64,000 bases of DNA, taken from Lama glama (lineage: Eukaryota). The notes beneath the pieces were generated by a model. That model worked only from the letters and a program-made list of their open reading frames with translations. It did no database searches and was not told where the DNA came from. Made by a program: the position numbers and the translations under genes. The stretch spans positions 67,334,001 through 67,398,000 of the forward strand of contig CM052817.1 of NCBI GenBank assembly GCA_028534125.1. Direction: 5' to 3'. Shown one piece after another: positions 12,342 to 24,931 of the stretch. Each line of letters starts with the position of its first letter. Within the stretch, counting starts at the first letter, position 1.

Positions 12342-15300
12342 TCCGCCTTGTAAACACATCTTAAGACAGTGTTAACAACACTTGAATTTTCAGAAAAGCC
12401 ATAAAAAATTCTACTACAAACACTCGTTAATAATTGAGGTTAGTTTTTATTTACTTTCTCAAATACGACGAATTTGGTTGCCACCGCCCTGCTACAGTAA
12501 TGTCATCTAAAAATAGAAGTGTATTAATTGATTAAGATGTCAACTGAAATTTAAATGAATAAAATAACCATTTTGGCTCTCTGCCTATTTTTTAAAAACT
12601 GTCCTCATAGTCAACATAATATGTTTCAAAATGAATGTGTTAAGAACAAACTAATGTTATCGAATTCAAGTTTGCATATATGTATAAAAAATATTTAACT
12701 CATAAAGCATTTTCTAAAAACACAAACAAAAAGGTCCACTATTCCCATAAAAATAGTACTTATTGATACTTGACTTCTTACTCCTCCTGGTTTAATCTGT
12801 CTTCTCTCCAGTTCACTATGCATTCCTGGATCCCCAACATTTGATTGGGTTGGTGTGAAAAACCACTTTACCACTTTTAAAATTAACTTTTAAATGATAA
12901 ATGAAATTATATATGCTCATTACACTTATTTAATCATTAATAAAGGTACTATAGGAAGTAATAAAGGACACACCATATTCATTCATCCTAATATTCATAC
13001 ATTATACACACACATACATATATAAGCAGTAAATGAAAACTTAGAAGTTTACACCAGATGCTAACTTGCTGCCTGATGCCAACTAAGAATAAATTTCATA
13101 TAAGTATGCATACTTATATAAATGTAGTCATTTTTAACAAGATCTGTTAGATCCAAGCATATCCATGCATTACAGAATCACATATGAAAAATAAACATGT
13201 GCATATATATTCATATATACTCACATTTATGTGTACAGTATATGACACAGAGATGCCAACTTACTCTCAGATGCCAACTGGAAACAAGACTGTAAGTATA
13301 TACTCATATATCCTGTATCTTGATAAACATATATGTTTATGAAGATAAACAGAAAAAATATATGGAGCACATTTTTTCAAATGAGACGCATTCCTTATGT
13401 CTCAGTTTCATTTTCAGATCTCTTTTCTAACTCTTTGCTCTTCTGGTGCCCCTCTCCACCACTTAATTTTTTTATTTGCAATCTTTAGAAAAAGCAAACT
13501 TTATAAAATGCCACCTGCGACCAAAGGCCATTGTAAGGAAAAAGATAATCACTTCTTAATGCTTGTGAGAACTAAAAAATAATTAGATCATGCAAATATG
13601 AGAAAAGCTAAGAGCTAGTTTTCTGGACTATCACAACCTGTCACAAAACAGCACTCTGATGTGTACATATCAGTTTGCACACGTTGAGTCGGGTACGGAT
13701 CTCCATAAATAAGGATGCAGACAATCCACTGCTGCAGGGGAACAGGGGAAGGGAGAAGATAAGCAGCAATCCACCTTTTAAAAAATATTTCTCTTTTACA
13801 TTAAGATCTTTGGGATTGAATCCTAAAAATGATTTGTTGGAAAATCACCTAAAATGTGCGAGAAAATTTAGGAAAACCACTGTGCATTAACTGGAACAAA
13901 CTAGCAAGGCATTCACGAGAAACTCAAAGTGAGGTTTCTCTAAGTTTTAGTTCAGGGTTAAAAAAGCAACAAAATACTCCAGTGTCCCAGAGGCCACACA
14001 GAACAGAAGGGGTATATCCAACCTCTGGCCCAATTTCCACTGGGTTCACTGGAAATTTACTTTAGGCCTAGACTGAGTTCTTTTCAGCCAAGATAAGGGT
14101 AGCAACACTGTTTTCCTATGTAAAATATTGGGTAAAATTAGGGGTCTTGATTAAGTCTGTCCTACTTTGGGGACACATCTTCTCTAATTCCGTTAAGTAA
14201 TGAAGTCATCTTTGTAAGAGGACTTCTATTTTCAACGGTTTGGGGGTGCTCAGCACACCAATGTTGGGGTTTAAACACCCTGACCAGCTACATTCTTTAT
14301 AAGTTCAAGAGTCACAGCTGGGGAATCACACTCTTGATGAGATTACAATGACTTTTGGGATCTCAGTGATGCTTGCAGGATATCGTTATCCTGAATGACA
14401 GGGAAGCCAGATTCCCCAGGAAGAGAAGGGGGACAAGGGTAAAGACTAGAAGGGAGCTGATCAGCATTTTTTAAGGCAGCCTTCACTGCTCACACAGGTG
14501 CAAACGCTGGCAAACAGCAGCCTTGCTCCCAGGAGGCCCGGAGAGGAACCTGCAGCCCCAGCTCTCCTTCCGGTCCTGCTGTAAAGCATGGTGTTCCAGG
14601 GAATTCATCCCTACAGGAGCCAGACCCAGAACAACCTTCAAGTTTAAAGGAATGCCTTCTGTTTTCCTCCGAAATAACTTTAAAAAGCAAATTATTGCAT
14701 AAAATAATTATATAATCCAAGCCTAAGTATATTTCACGATTACCTTTTTAAAAAAATGAATACAAAAATTATTCATATGTCTCTGGCAGAAATCTATTTC
14801 AGTCTGATTTTCATTAAATCAGTAATGAAGAAATAATTAAATGACCTAAAATTAATAAGAATCCCCAAAGCTGCTACCTTAAGAATTTGAGCGTAACTTT
14901 CTCTTTAGGGACTTGCTAAGCAGTCACGTGAACTGTGGTAGCTCATGCACACAGCTACATACTCTTGTTTAAAATATGTCAACTAGTAAACCTCACCTCC
15001 TCAAAGCTAGATTGCATATCTAGACTTCGATACATATGAAGATATATAGGATTAGCCATTCATGTGTAGCTAAAATGTTGCATATGATAAATCCTTCTGG
15101 TAAAATGTTGCAGTATTCAAGACTTCAAACAAAACTAATCATTTTGAATAAAGCTAGACATGAGTTTTCAAAGAGCAAATAAGACAACTTGATGTTGAAA
15201 TTTACTTCAGAATGCAAAAAAGTTATAAACTGAGATAATACTTATGACATTAGCAAATTCTGTAACTTCAGTTAACTATAGCTTTCCAATATTTATTCAT

Positions 15301-18300
15301 GTAAAATCTCAGTGGTTCCCCCAAGCCTTCAGAATTCTGCTGTAAAACAGGATGCCTCTGATACAGTACATCCCAAGTGGAGGTCAGTATTTTGGAGCAC
15401 CATTATCCTTACACTCATCAAAAAATAATGTCCTGTTTCCCCGTGTACTATTGATTACGGAAACAAATATAACCCAATCATTTTCTGATTCCCATATAAT
15501 GATGGGAAGTGTGCTTTTTCCAATCAAAAGCAAAGCAATATCGAACTGTAAGTAGCCAATGCAGCCTCTTATAAACTCTTTTGAATTTTGTTCTCACTGT
15601 AAGAAGCCCCACTACAAGTTTCTGAGCATCTAAGTCCTTGAAACTGGAACCTCTCACTGCATTCGATTTACCTTTTTGCACCAGAACTTGAAAACCTTAA
15701 TGATGAGTCTCTGAAATTCTGTAATAGGAAGCACATGAATAAATGCAACACAAAATAGCAGGGCTCATTGTTTGCCTTTAGCTATTTGGTTCTCTCTTGT
15801 TTTGGCTTCCTATGAAACATTCAAACTTCGGAATATTGTGGGTGAACAAAAGGAAAAGGTTTCTGGTGATGAAAAAAAAAACTTCTTTTTCAGATTTGAC
15901 TCACAAAGAATACTAAAATATCAAGCTAAATAGGTTCTTAATTCTTGTACTGACAAAATTTCAAAAATTGTATCAAATATACTGTATATTACTGTGAATG
16001 TGAATACAAACAGATGCACATTATTACAGATCTTTGGATGGCTAGTAATTATGGTCTAAAATGATACCTAGCAAATGTTAGAGACTCCCCAAAGTGCTTT
16101 AGCAAAAGTATTTCTCTATATCCTATTTATAAATAATACATTTAAAAAATCATAATCTAATAACTAGAGTAGATTTATCAGCAAGCACAAGTACACTATA
16201 GGTCAATAAGTTTGAGAGAACAATTAATTTATGATAAATGATAAGCTCATAGTCCAATAATTTACTATTATAATAACAAATTTTATACTTTAATAATAAT
16301 ACCTCAATTAAAAATATATGAATTAAAATAAGTATACAGTGTTTCCACTTTTTAAAGCACACTTACTTTCTCTTTCTGTCTTGTTGTCATACATACATAT
16401 TATAGATGGGATAGATTAGTTTTTCTCATAATTCAGATTCATTCATCATGTAACTGTGTCAGTCTCTGGTACACTCATATCTTATTTGGCCATGATCCAG
16501 ATATAAACTAAAAACGTTATCAATTACCTCTAATTAGAATATTAGACCCTTTTTTAAAAGGGAGAAAGCACCAAATAAGTAACTGGATAACTTTTATGAC
16601 CCAATTATTTGGAGGTCTTAAATATGATTAGAAGGAACATTCTACTTTTTCAGTTTCCAAACTGACATCCATGGCCAGGACTTTGCCGATTAATGCTGGG
16701 ACCAGCGACGGCTTTTCATTAGTGTTGATTCTCCATGGACGGTTGCTCCCGCTACTCCTTTGGCCTTGCAAACTCAGGGCTCTTCCCCTTCCTCCCCGTC
16801 CTAGGAGAACACCACCACCCTCCCTATCACCACTGCGAAGACATGACTTAGAAGGAAAACCCAGCTAACTTTTGTAAATGGAAAGATAAGATCATATATT
16901 ACATTGTAAAGGTGCTAAGTGAAGTCAATATGGTGGTAGAGCCAGTTAGGAAAACAAAGGGGGGTGGATGTAGGAGGAAGGAGTGGGTTGGCAGGAAGGA
17001 AGGTAAGAGTTTGACACCAAGATTCAGACTGGCACAGAAATGGCCAAAATAGGCACTCACTGTTCGCCCTAGCATCTAATCTAACTACTTTATTTAGGCA
17101 AGTGTCTTGACAAACTCTGTAACTAAAGGTAAAGATATCTTTCCAGTATTTATTCATGTAGTTTCTAACCCAGTGCTATATAGGCTTGTATTTCAGTTAC
17201 TTTTGGTAAAAACACTTCAAACTACATCCTTCCAACAAAAAAGTAAATTTGTTCTATTATACATGGGTAGCTTAGAGATTAAAATGTTCTTTGACATATA
17301 AATGAGGAATGATACCAAGGTGAGCAGAAAGAGGGAAAATTTTCAACAATCCACAAATTTAAAAAGTATTTTTAAACACTTACTTTCTATAGTATTTTAG
17401 CAGATGTATAACAGGGAGTGTGAAAGGAAATTAAAAGTAAAATTGAGATTAAAAATGCAAAAATTAGGTTTATAAAATCAATACTGTCAAGAAGGATTAA
17501 AATATTTAGAGTTCATTTTATCTATATATGTTCATCTGTCTAAATTTTTATGAAAATACATACAAGCATATATGGCTATATGATAAATGAATCTGAATAT
17601 ATACATGCTACATGAATTCATATATACATATATATATGGCAGAAACATAAGCTAAGTAATTCTGTTTCCCCTCAAAGTCACTCCACTAATCCCTGCTGAC
17701 TGCAACAATACCTTTAGGTGAGACCTTTGCTAATTAGCTATTGAAAAACCATCAGCATTCCTTTCATGAACAAGTTGTTGGACAATTTTTAAATTTTTGA
17801 TGATTTTTTAAAGCAGATCTGTCTCCTATTATTGAAGAGAAAAAGAAATATGCAAAATGTGAAGAAATGAGAGGTCACTTAAAAAAACATTTAGAGGTGT
17901 CTTTTTTAAAAACTATCAAAGCTATGATTTGGACAGCTTCTAACTCATATTCAAATAAAATACAGTAGCTACAACTCATTTGTATAAGAAAGTCAAGTTA
18001 TGGTGCTTTTCTTTGATTATTATAGATCTGAGAATTTGAGAAACATCCATTTTTTTCTCTACTACATAAAAAGTGAAAATAAGTTTAATTGATATATTCT
18101 CTTGGACTAAGTTCTGCAGCGTTTTGAGTGTAGTCATTGAACTTCAGTTGCTTCAGAATCTCCTATGACAAAAATGTAACCACTGAGACAGACCCAGCTT
18201 AGAAACCAAAGCATGTTTTATGCCCATGAATTACTTAAAGGAATTTAGAGAAAATTCCAAACATTTCACGGTCATGAGATGTTATCGTCAAAATAATGTA

Positions 18301-19156
18301 CTTGGTTTAAACCATACTTCTGAGAATCACATGTTGCTTTTGATGTATTTCTTTTAAAAAATGTTTTTAATAACTGCAATGACCGTTACATCGAATCTTT
18401 AAATTCACAATCACTCTTTTTGGTCTCTAACCTTAATTTTCTTTTTAAATAATAAAGTTCAAAGGTATACAGACAACAGCTACAATTTAATCCAGTTACT
18501 ACATGTTACTTAGCTTTTTAGAAATGTCTTTTAATCTCCCTCATTAAGAGAACATACACTCGTAAGCTGTCTCCACTACCATGGTGTCAGCACAGCTGGT
18601 TGGTGCTAGACCAAGACCTCAGGATGCAAATGTCTCCTCGGAAAATGTCTATGTACTCTTTTTCTGTATATATCATATGCTCCACCTTCATGCAAACACA
18701 GTCACAATCACACAGTTAACTAACTAGCAGAGAAAATTAGTAAGCCTAACTTTTTTCAGGCATGAGATTTATAGCATGCAGTGAGTAATACGTTTTATCA
18801 TTTTTCTGGAGTCTTTAATATGCACAATTCTGCATTTTTCAGGATGTTCTCTGTATAACCACTTAAATATCACACTGATATTTTTGAACAATTAGTTGTT
18901 TAGAGATGGTGGATGGTCTCTACCTCTCCAGACACCATCATCAATTTTGAGATTAGTTTTCCCAGCTTGGCATTTCTATGTTTCTAAATGCAGACCTGAG
19001 CAAATTACCCTTAAAGAGAAATTAGGAGGAAAAAAAAAATCAGTTCGTTTGCATGAAACTATGTTTTCCCCCTATGGTAAATGAAAAGAAACAATGCTGA
19101 GTGGTTCTGGTGAATCTAAACCCAGACCCATGGCATCTTTAAAAAAAAAAAATTTG

Positions 19157-19305
19157 AGGTGGAGAGGGGATAGCTCAGTGGTAGAGCACTTGCTCAGCAT
19201 GCATGAAGTCCTGGGTTCAATTCCCAGTATCCCCTCTAAAATAAATGAATAGATAAATAAAAACCTAATTACCTTCCCCCACGAATTTTTTTTAAAAAAG
19301 AAAAA
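19157..19305 (+). mobile_element. tRNA-Ala-derived SINE (camelid Vic-1-like)
   Basis: A box TAGCTCAGTGG, B box GGTTCAATTCC, then an AT-rich tail and an ACCTAATTACC segment. Confidence 0.85.
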
Positions 19306-19957
19306 ACTTCTTTAAAAAATTTTTGAGGCATTAACCATTTTTTACTAATTTCTTATTTAAAACCTTGAGCATGACAGTCCCTTCTGCCAACATGCTCCTT
19401 TCTTATTTCCCTTTAATCTTTAACACTACAGTCTGCCCACCCACCTTCCCTTCCTCCCTTCTTCTCTTCCTTCAAGTCTTTCTTTCAATATAGCCCTTTC
19501 TCCTGTTCAGGTCATAGAAGAGTTTCCAGTACTCTGAATAACAACTATACTGTAGATTCTCAGTATGTTCAAATTTCAAGGCAAGTATTCCTTTTTCTTT
19601 TCTTATTCCTTGAAAAGTTCTGGAATACCAAAAGAACCGTTAATACTACACTACATAACCACATGAGGTGGCCAAGTGGAGGTCACAGAGAGCAGCTGTA
19701 TTTCTTATCTAAATTTGGGATGAATGAAGGGATCCCAAGGCTTTTAAATAGGTGTGAGATTGCTTCCAGAGTTTTCTGAAATTACCATTATAGCATTTTA
19801 AATGTGTCCATTTTTTGGACTGAGAATTAAGAATGTAAGTAGGGAACTAACTATCTTGGATGAGGGACTAAGATGTAGAGCTAGGGAGTTACAGGGATAT
19901 TTTAAAAAGGCAGTGAGAAAAAAAGAAATGTTTGAGCTCCTTAAGCCAGGATATGTA

Positions 19958-19982
19958 TGTGTGTGTGTGTGTGTGTGTGTGT
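19958..19982. repeat. (TG)n microsatellite
   Basis: Direct reading. Confidence 0.9.
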
Positions 19983-20259
19983 CCCCACAGCATTTACGAC
20001 AAATCTTTGAAAATAAGAGTTCCTACCTAAAGATCTACTAAACTGAATTGCATTTTTCAAGGGCTTGCCATGTGCTTAGGATATACCATAAACTCATGAA
20101 TATACCTCATAGGTATAGACCTGCCTAGGAGAAGTAAAGACACACTATTTACAGACATACTGACATTTTACTCTTTATCTTATTACCATTGTTCCACTTA
20201 CAAATATAATTTCCTTCCTCATTACAGATTTGTTCAATAGTGTTGTTGCTGTCACTGAA

Positions 20260-20582
20260 CTAGTGTTTTCCAAACTTTTTTTGACTGCAACCAACAGTTA
20301 GAAGTACATTTTACATAGCAGCCTAGTACATGCATACACATACATTTATGTATGCATACACAACTGAAACAATATGTACTCTTACTACATGTGATGCACT
20401 CGTATATTTTCTGTTCCACTCTATTCGATTCTACTTTCTAAAAATCCCGAAGGCATTGTAAACTGACTATGACTTAATTAAAAAATAAATGAAAATTTTA
20501 ACAAATCAAAACCAAAATCCTGACGGTAAGCCAACACTCATGGACCACTAGTGTGTTATCATCTGCAGTTTGAAAAACATAG
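20260..20582. mobile_element. Non-autonomous hAT-Charlie-like DNA transposon, with a probable small L1 tail inserted at ~20452-20500
   Basis: Terminal inverted repeats TAGTGTTTTCCAAACT and AGTTTGAAAAACATAG. Confidence 0.65.
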
Positions 20583-22095
20583 CTTCAGGACATACAAATA
20601 ACACACACATGTAAAGAGAATCACATGAGGAAAATCCAAAACCAGTCCACTTCGTAACTCATTTAACTCCATAGACAGCAGCCTCATATAGAAGATCCAG
20701 TATGTATATCCTTTGGAATCTCAAAAGCCCAGTGTTCTACTTCATTTTTCATGAATGAAAATTAGAGCACACCAAGCATTTAGCATTTGCCAGAAGACTC
20801 CACATCTCATTTCCAGTACAAATGAAAATGTTATCTCTTTTCCTTATTCTCAACTCCGTTAAAACCATCACTGATCTCATTTAACCTATAAATAAGAACA
20901 TTTCCCATAGAGAAGCCTTTCCTCAGCTCAGTTATTTTTCTATCACTGATCCACCATCGCTCATAATCATCATTTCCACACAATTAAATTTATCTAATCT
21001 ATTATTCTTCCCCAAATTTATTTCACCTCTCTTCACTCTGTAAAGTTTTAGAGAAAATATATCTTCTCCTGAGTTTGCCAGATTTGCTGACAGACACAGG
21101 AATGCCCGCGACTCTTCCTGATCTATACACATTTACCCCTTTCTCTTCTCGTCCTACTTGATCTCTGTCCTTTTAATACTATCAATCATTCAGGGTGTTT
21201 TTTTTTTAAGTCCTTGAGCAAGAAACAGCTCTTTCAGCACAGTTTTCTCCACAGCTTGACACTTTCCTTCCCTTCCTCCAGAATGCTCTCTGAAATACTA
21301 ATTTAGGTGAAGATGAGACCCAAATGAGATCCCATTTTCCACTCTTCTTGAAGGTATTCTTTTAGTTACACTTTGGAATAATTCTACAAAATGTTTCAAA
21401 GGCAAAAGTAAATAAAATACCATCAGCTATAGCACAATCTCTTTTTTCTTCTCTCTAATTCAGCGGACACTTCACTGAACTTGAGACTCAGCCTTGACTC
21501 CCAAACCAAACGTATTGAGTCAAGTCATGAAAATATTCTCTCTCCCCTGTATAGTTTCCATTCTCTGCAAAACTTCTGTAATTGATGAAGCGAAGCAGAC
21601 ATCCATACTCTGCCTTAACAAAGCTCCTTCTAGACGCTGCATAGCATCCTGGCTTGAATACCTCTTTCTCCTTTGTTTCTGATGCTTTCTTGGTTAGGAT
21701 TCCAAATCTTTCAGGGCTATCATTATTTTCTCCCAGAAACCCACCAGCCTCTTTTCTTATTGCTCACTTTCTTTATTCATAAAAACTCTCTTTTTATTAC
21801 AAGGAAAAAAGAAAAGAAAGCTCTGCATAGTCACTTTGGTTTTTTGTCTCAAAATGTATATCTACCTGTTTTATTTCCTACACTCACACACACTTCCCTA
21901 TTTTCCAAAATGAAAGCAATGCTGCATTTTTCCAATATTTGTTACATATGTTCTCCAACCAGAATTCATGATAAGTATTTAACCATTTCTTATAGTGATT
22001 TTCCCAAACTCAGTAATGCACATTTAGTATAATTCCTTGTGTCTGTCCAAATAAAAGAAACATAAGCCAAACAAAGGTAGTGAGTTAGTAAAGTG

Positions 22096-22097
<2 letters not shown>

Positions 22098-22126
<29 letters not shown>
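22098..22126. repeat. (AC)n microsatellite
   Basis: Direct reading. Confidence 0.9.
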
Positions 22127-22127
<1 letters not shown>

Positions 22128-22549
22128 CCTATTAAAGGATACAAAAATTAACAGTAGTGGTGTGCCTCCGGTGAGGAAGGAGGAAGAGCACTAAATTATC
22201 AGCACACTGACCAACGTCACTAGGTCATCCGGGCAGTTTTCCCAGGCATTTGACAACACAGGTACAAGAACAAGGGAAACTTGTTTATCAGGTTTATCTC
22301 TTCCCAAGTGAAATCAAGCCAGATCTTTGGCGACCTGGGTAATTAAAACAAATATTCAGAAAACTCTAGCCACAAAATAGTCTACTTGGGCTTTGGTTTC
22401 TCAAAACTATAAGTAACCTGTTGGTGTATTGAATTATCTGTAAATATAATTGTTTTCTTCTCTACTCTTTATTAATGACTAAATTAGGACCAAGATACCA
22501 TACAGCATCTTTCAGTACGCAAAAACATTACCCTATATACAATATTAAA

Positions 22550-22670
22550 AAGCTGTAATGTAGGTAGATACTACTATGCCCCTTTCACAGTTGAGGAAGT
22601 CAAGTTCAGAGAAGTCCCTAACTGATGTCCCTAACATCGTTCAACCAGTAAGTTACTTGAACTAGTGGCT
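22550..22670 (-). mobile_element. MIR fragment
   Basis: CCCTTTCACAGTTGAGGAA...TCAGAGAAG core. Confidence 0.5.
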
Positions 22671-22924
22671 CCTCCCACAACCCATCACTTTAATGTGGCC
22701 ACATGGCCCAAATATAATTTTTAATTATAAAAGAAACAAAAAGGCCAGAAACTAGTAGTCTGCTTTCTAAATATAATTTATATATGGTTTCATATCAGCC
22801 AAAGAAATACATCTTCAGTATTAGTTCTTTGAAAATCAGTTATTTGCTTTGCCTATTTCTCTTCAACAAGAAATGCAATGTGAAATAGGTAGGTCAAATA
22901 TTAAAAAAATAGAAAAATGATTAA

Positions 22925-23145
22925 GTGGATACCCATTACTACATATAAAACAGATAATCAACAAGGACCTACTGTATAACTATATTCAATCTTTTGTAAT
23001 AACATATGATGGAAAAGAATCTGAAAAGTAAAAGTATGTATGTATGTATACGTATAACTGAATTGCTGTGCTGTACTCCTGAAACTAACACTGTAAATCA
23101 ACTACATGTCAATAACCAATAAAAATAATTGGAATTTAAAAAAAG
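22925..23145 (+). mobile_element. L1 3' UTR fragment
   Basis: ACAACAAGGACCTACTGTATA...GGAAAAGAATCTGAAAA...TATAACTGAAT..GCTGTAC.CCTGAAACTAACA motifs typical of laurasiatherian L1 3' ends. Confidence 0.85.
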
Positions 23146-24787
23146 AAAAACAGAAAAAATTTAACAGGCTCACTCTCTTACCTGGCTATGGATACTTATG
23201 CTCTTAAAATAAATGAAGAGAAAGCCCCGAAGTTTCACAGAGGAAAAAATATTTCTCATAATGTTTTAGAGTAGAAGTTAACAAGCCTGCTGGGATCCTT
23301 TTAGCCCCTGCAGAGCTAAGTCTTCAACATTATTAAATGGCTGTCGCATCTGAAGTATGGTGCAACATAACTCAATAAACAACAGAAAACATATGATGCT
23401 GAATGGAGGCAGGATTTTTGATTACCCTGCAGAATAATTCAATTTCAGGACAGGTGTTTGCATATGATGGAACCAGACATGACTGAAGGATAAAGCCACC
23501 CGTGTGCCCTTCCCCCCAATATTTTAAAACTCTGAAGGATAACAGCTGAATGCTAGATGAAAGAAGTATGCTAAGAATCAGCAGAAAGCACTGCAGCGCA
23601 AGTAAAGGAATCAAGTTATGCATGCACAAAATCCTCAAAATTTGCACTGGTCAAACCAAAAAAACTATTTTCTTAAAAGCAAGTTTTCATAAAATATGGT
23701 ATTTTTCTAGTGTGCTCTACACCCCCAGCCAAGATCATCTGACATTCTAATCAGTGCCTGAAAAAAATCACACTTATAGAAAGGAAAGATTTTATCATTA
23801 TTTGGGTTCATTTTTGTTCTTTAAAAACTAATCTAAAAATAAGAGGAAAACTAAAAGAGAAGTAGTCCCTTCTCCCACTTGCATATTTACATAGCTCTTT
23901 CAATAAATCCTGAATCTAACCTATTAATTTAGTCAGATATTTTATATGATGAACAAATTTATTTTTATTATTTTGCATAATATGAATAAAAATAAATGTA
24001 AGACACTGAAGCATATCCACTCTTGTGAAACGTATTGGATGGCCGGACATTTTGCTACACTTTTCCAAAGCAGGTTTGGTAAAAGCAAACTACATAGTTA
24101 GACAATCTGACCAACTGAGATTGAACTTAAGTAAGAGAACTAACTACTTCAGAAGAGTTTTTTTAAAACATACCTCAACCTATTCCTGGGGTACACGTCA
24201 ACAGTTTTTTTGTTTAATGTTTGTATCCAGAAGGAATATTCTACCAGTGTTCCTAGGGTCACCATGATACAGATCTTCAATCTCCAAACTTGTACACAAG
24301 AGCAAATATGGATGAAATGCCCATTTTTTTTTCATACATCTTTCAATTTTCAGTCTGACTATTTTATTAAATTGCCCTGTATTTGTCCATCTGTAAACTT
24401 GAACTGAGCAAAAATCTTAACTATTCACCCAAGAAAACAGTTGACTAAGACTAACCAAAATATGTAGCAATGCTTCAGTAATCAATTCGGTATAAAGTTT
24501 AAAAATCAAGTACTTTTTATTTCCTTCATCACTAGATACACTTTCTATTCTCATTTAAAAATATCCAAATATTCTTATGTTATTAAAGTCTAAAGTTTGT
24601 TATTTTGCTCTGTTCTTACTGGCTTTCTGATTATTTGTATTTTGTTTGATGATGGTTGAATTTCAAACAGATATTCTTATAGGATAATTTACAAATACTT
24701 TTAATTGCTCTTACTGTACTATTCCTAATAGCCATCCAAAAGATTGCTTAGAATTTACATGTTTGGATGAGAAGGCGCATTATTTTC

Positions 24788-24931
24788 TTTTTTTTTTTTA
24801 ATTTTTTTTTGGGGGGGGAGGTAATTAGGTTTATTTATTTATTTATTCTTAGAGGAGGTACTGGGGATTGAACCGAGGACCTCATGCCCGCTAAGCATGC
24901 GCTCTACCACTTGAGCTATACCCTCCCCCAG
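24788..24931 (-). mobile_element. tRNA-Ala-derived SINE (Vic-1-like) with TSD
   Basis: Reverse complement reads GGGGAGGGTATAGCTCAAGTGGTAGAGCGCATGCTTAGC...GGTTCAATCCCCAGTACCTCC plus a poly-A tail. TSD GCATTATTTTC at 24777-24787 and 24932-24942. Confidence 0.9.

Noticed and set aside
19161..19235. Possible tRNA-Ala genes here and at ~24860-24930 and ~47485-47560
   Set aside because: Stems are degenerate and there are A-rich tails and a TSD, so these are SINE heads.
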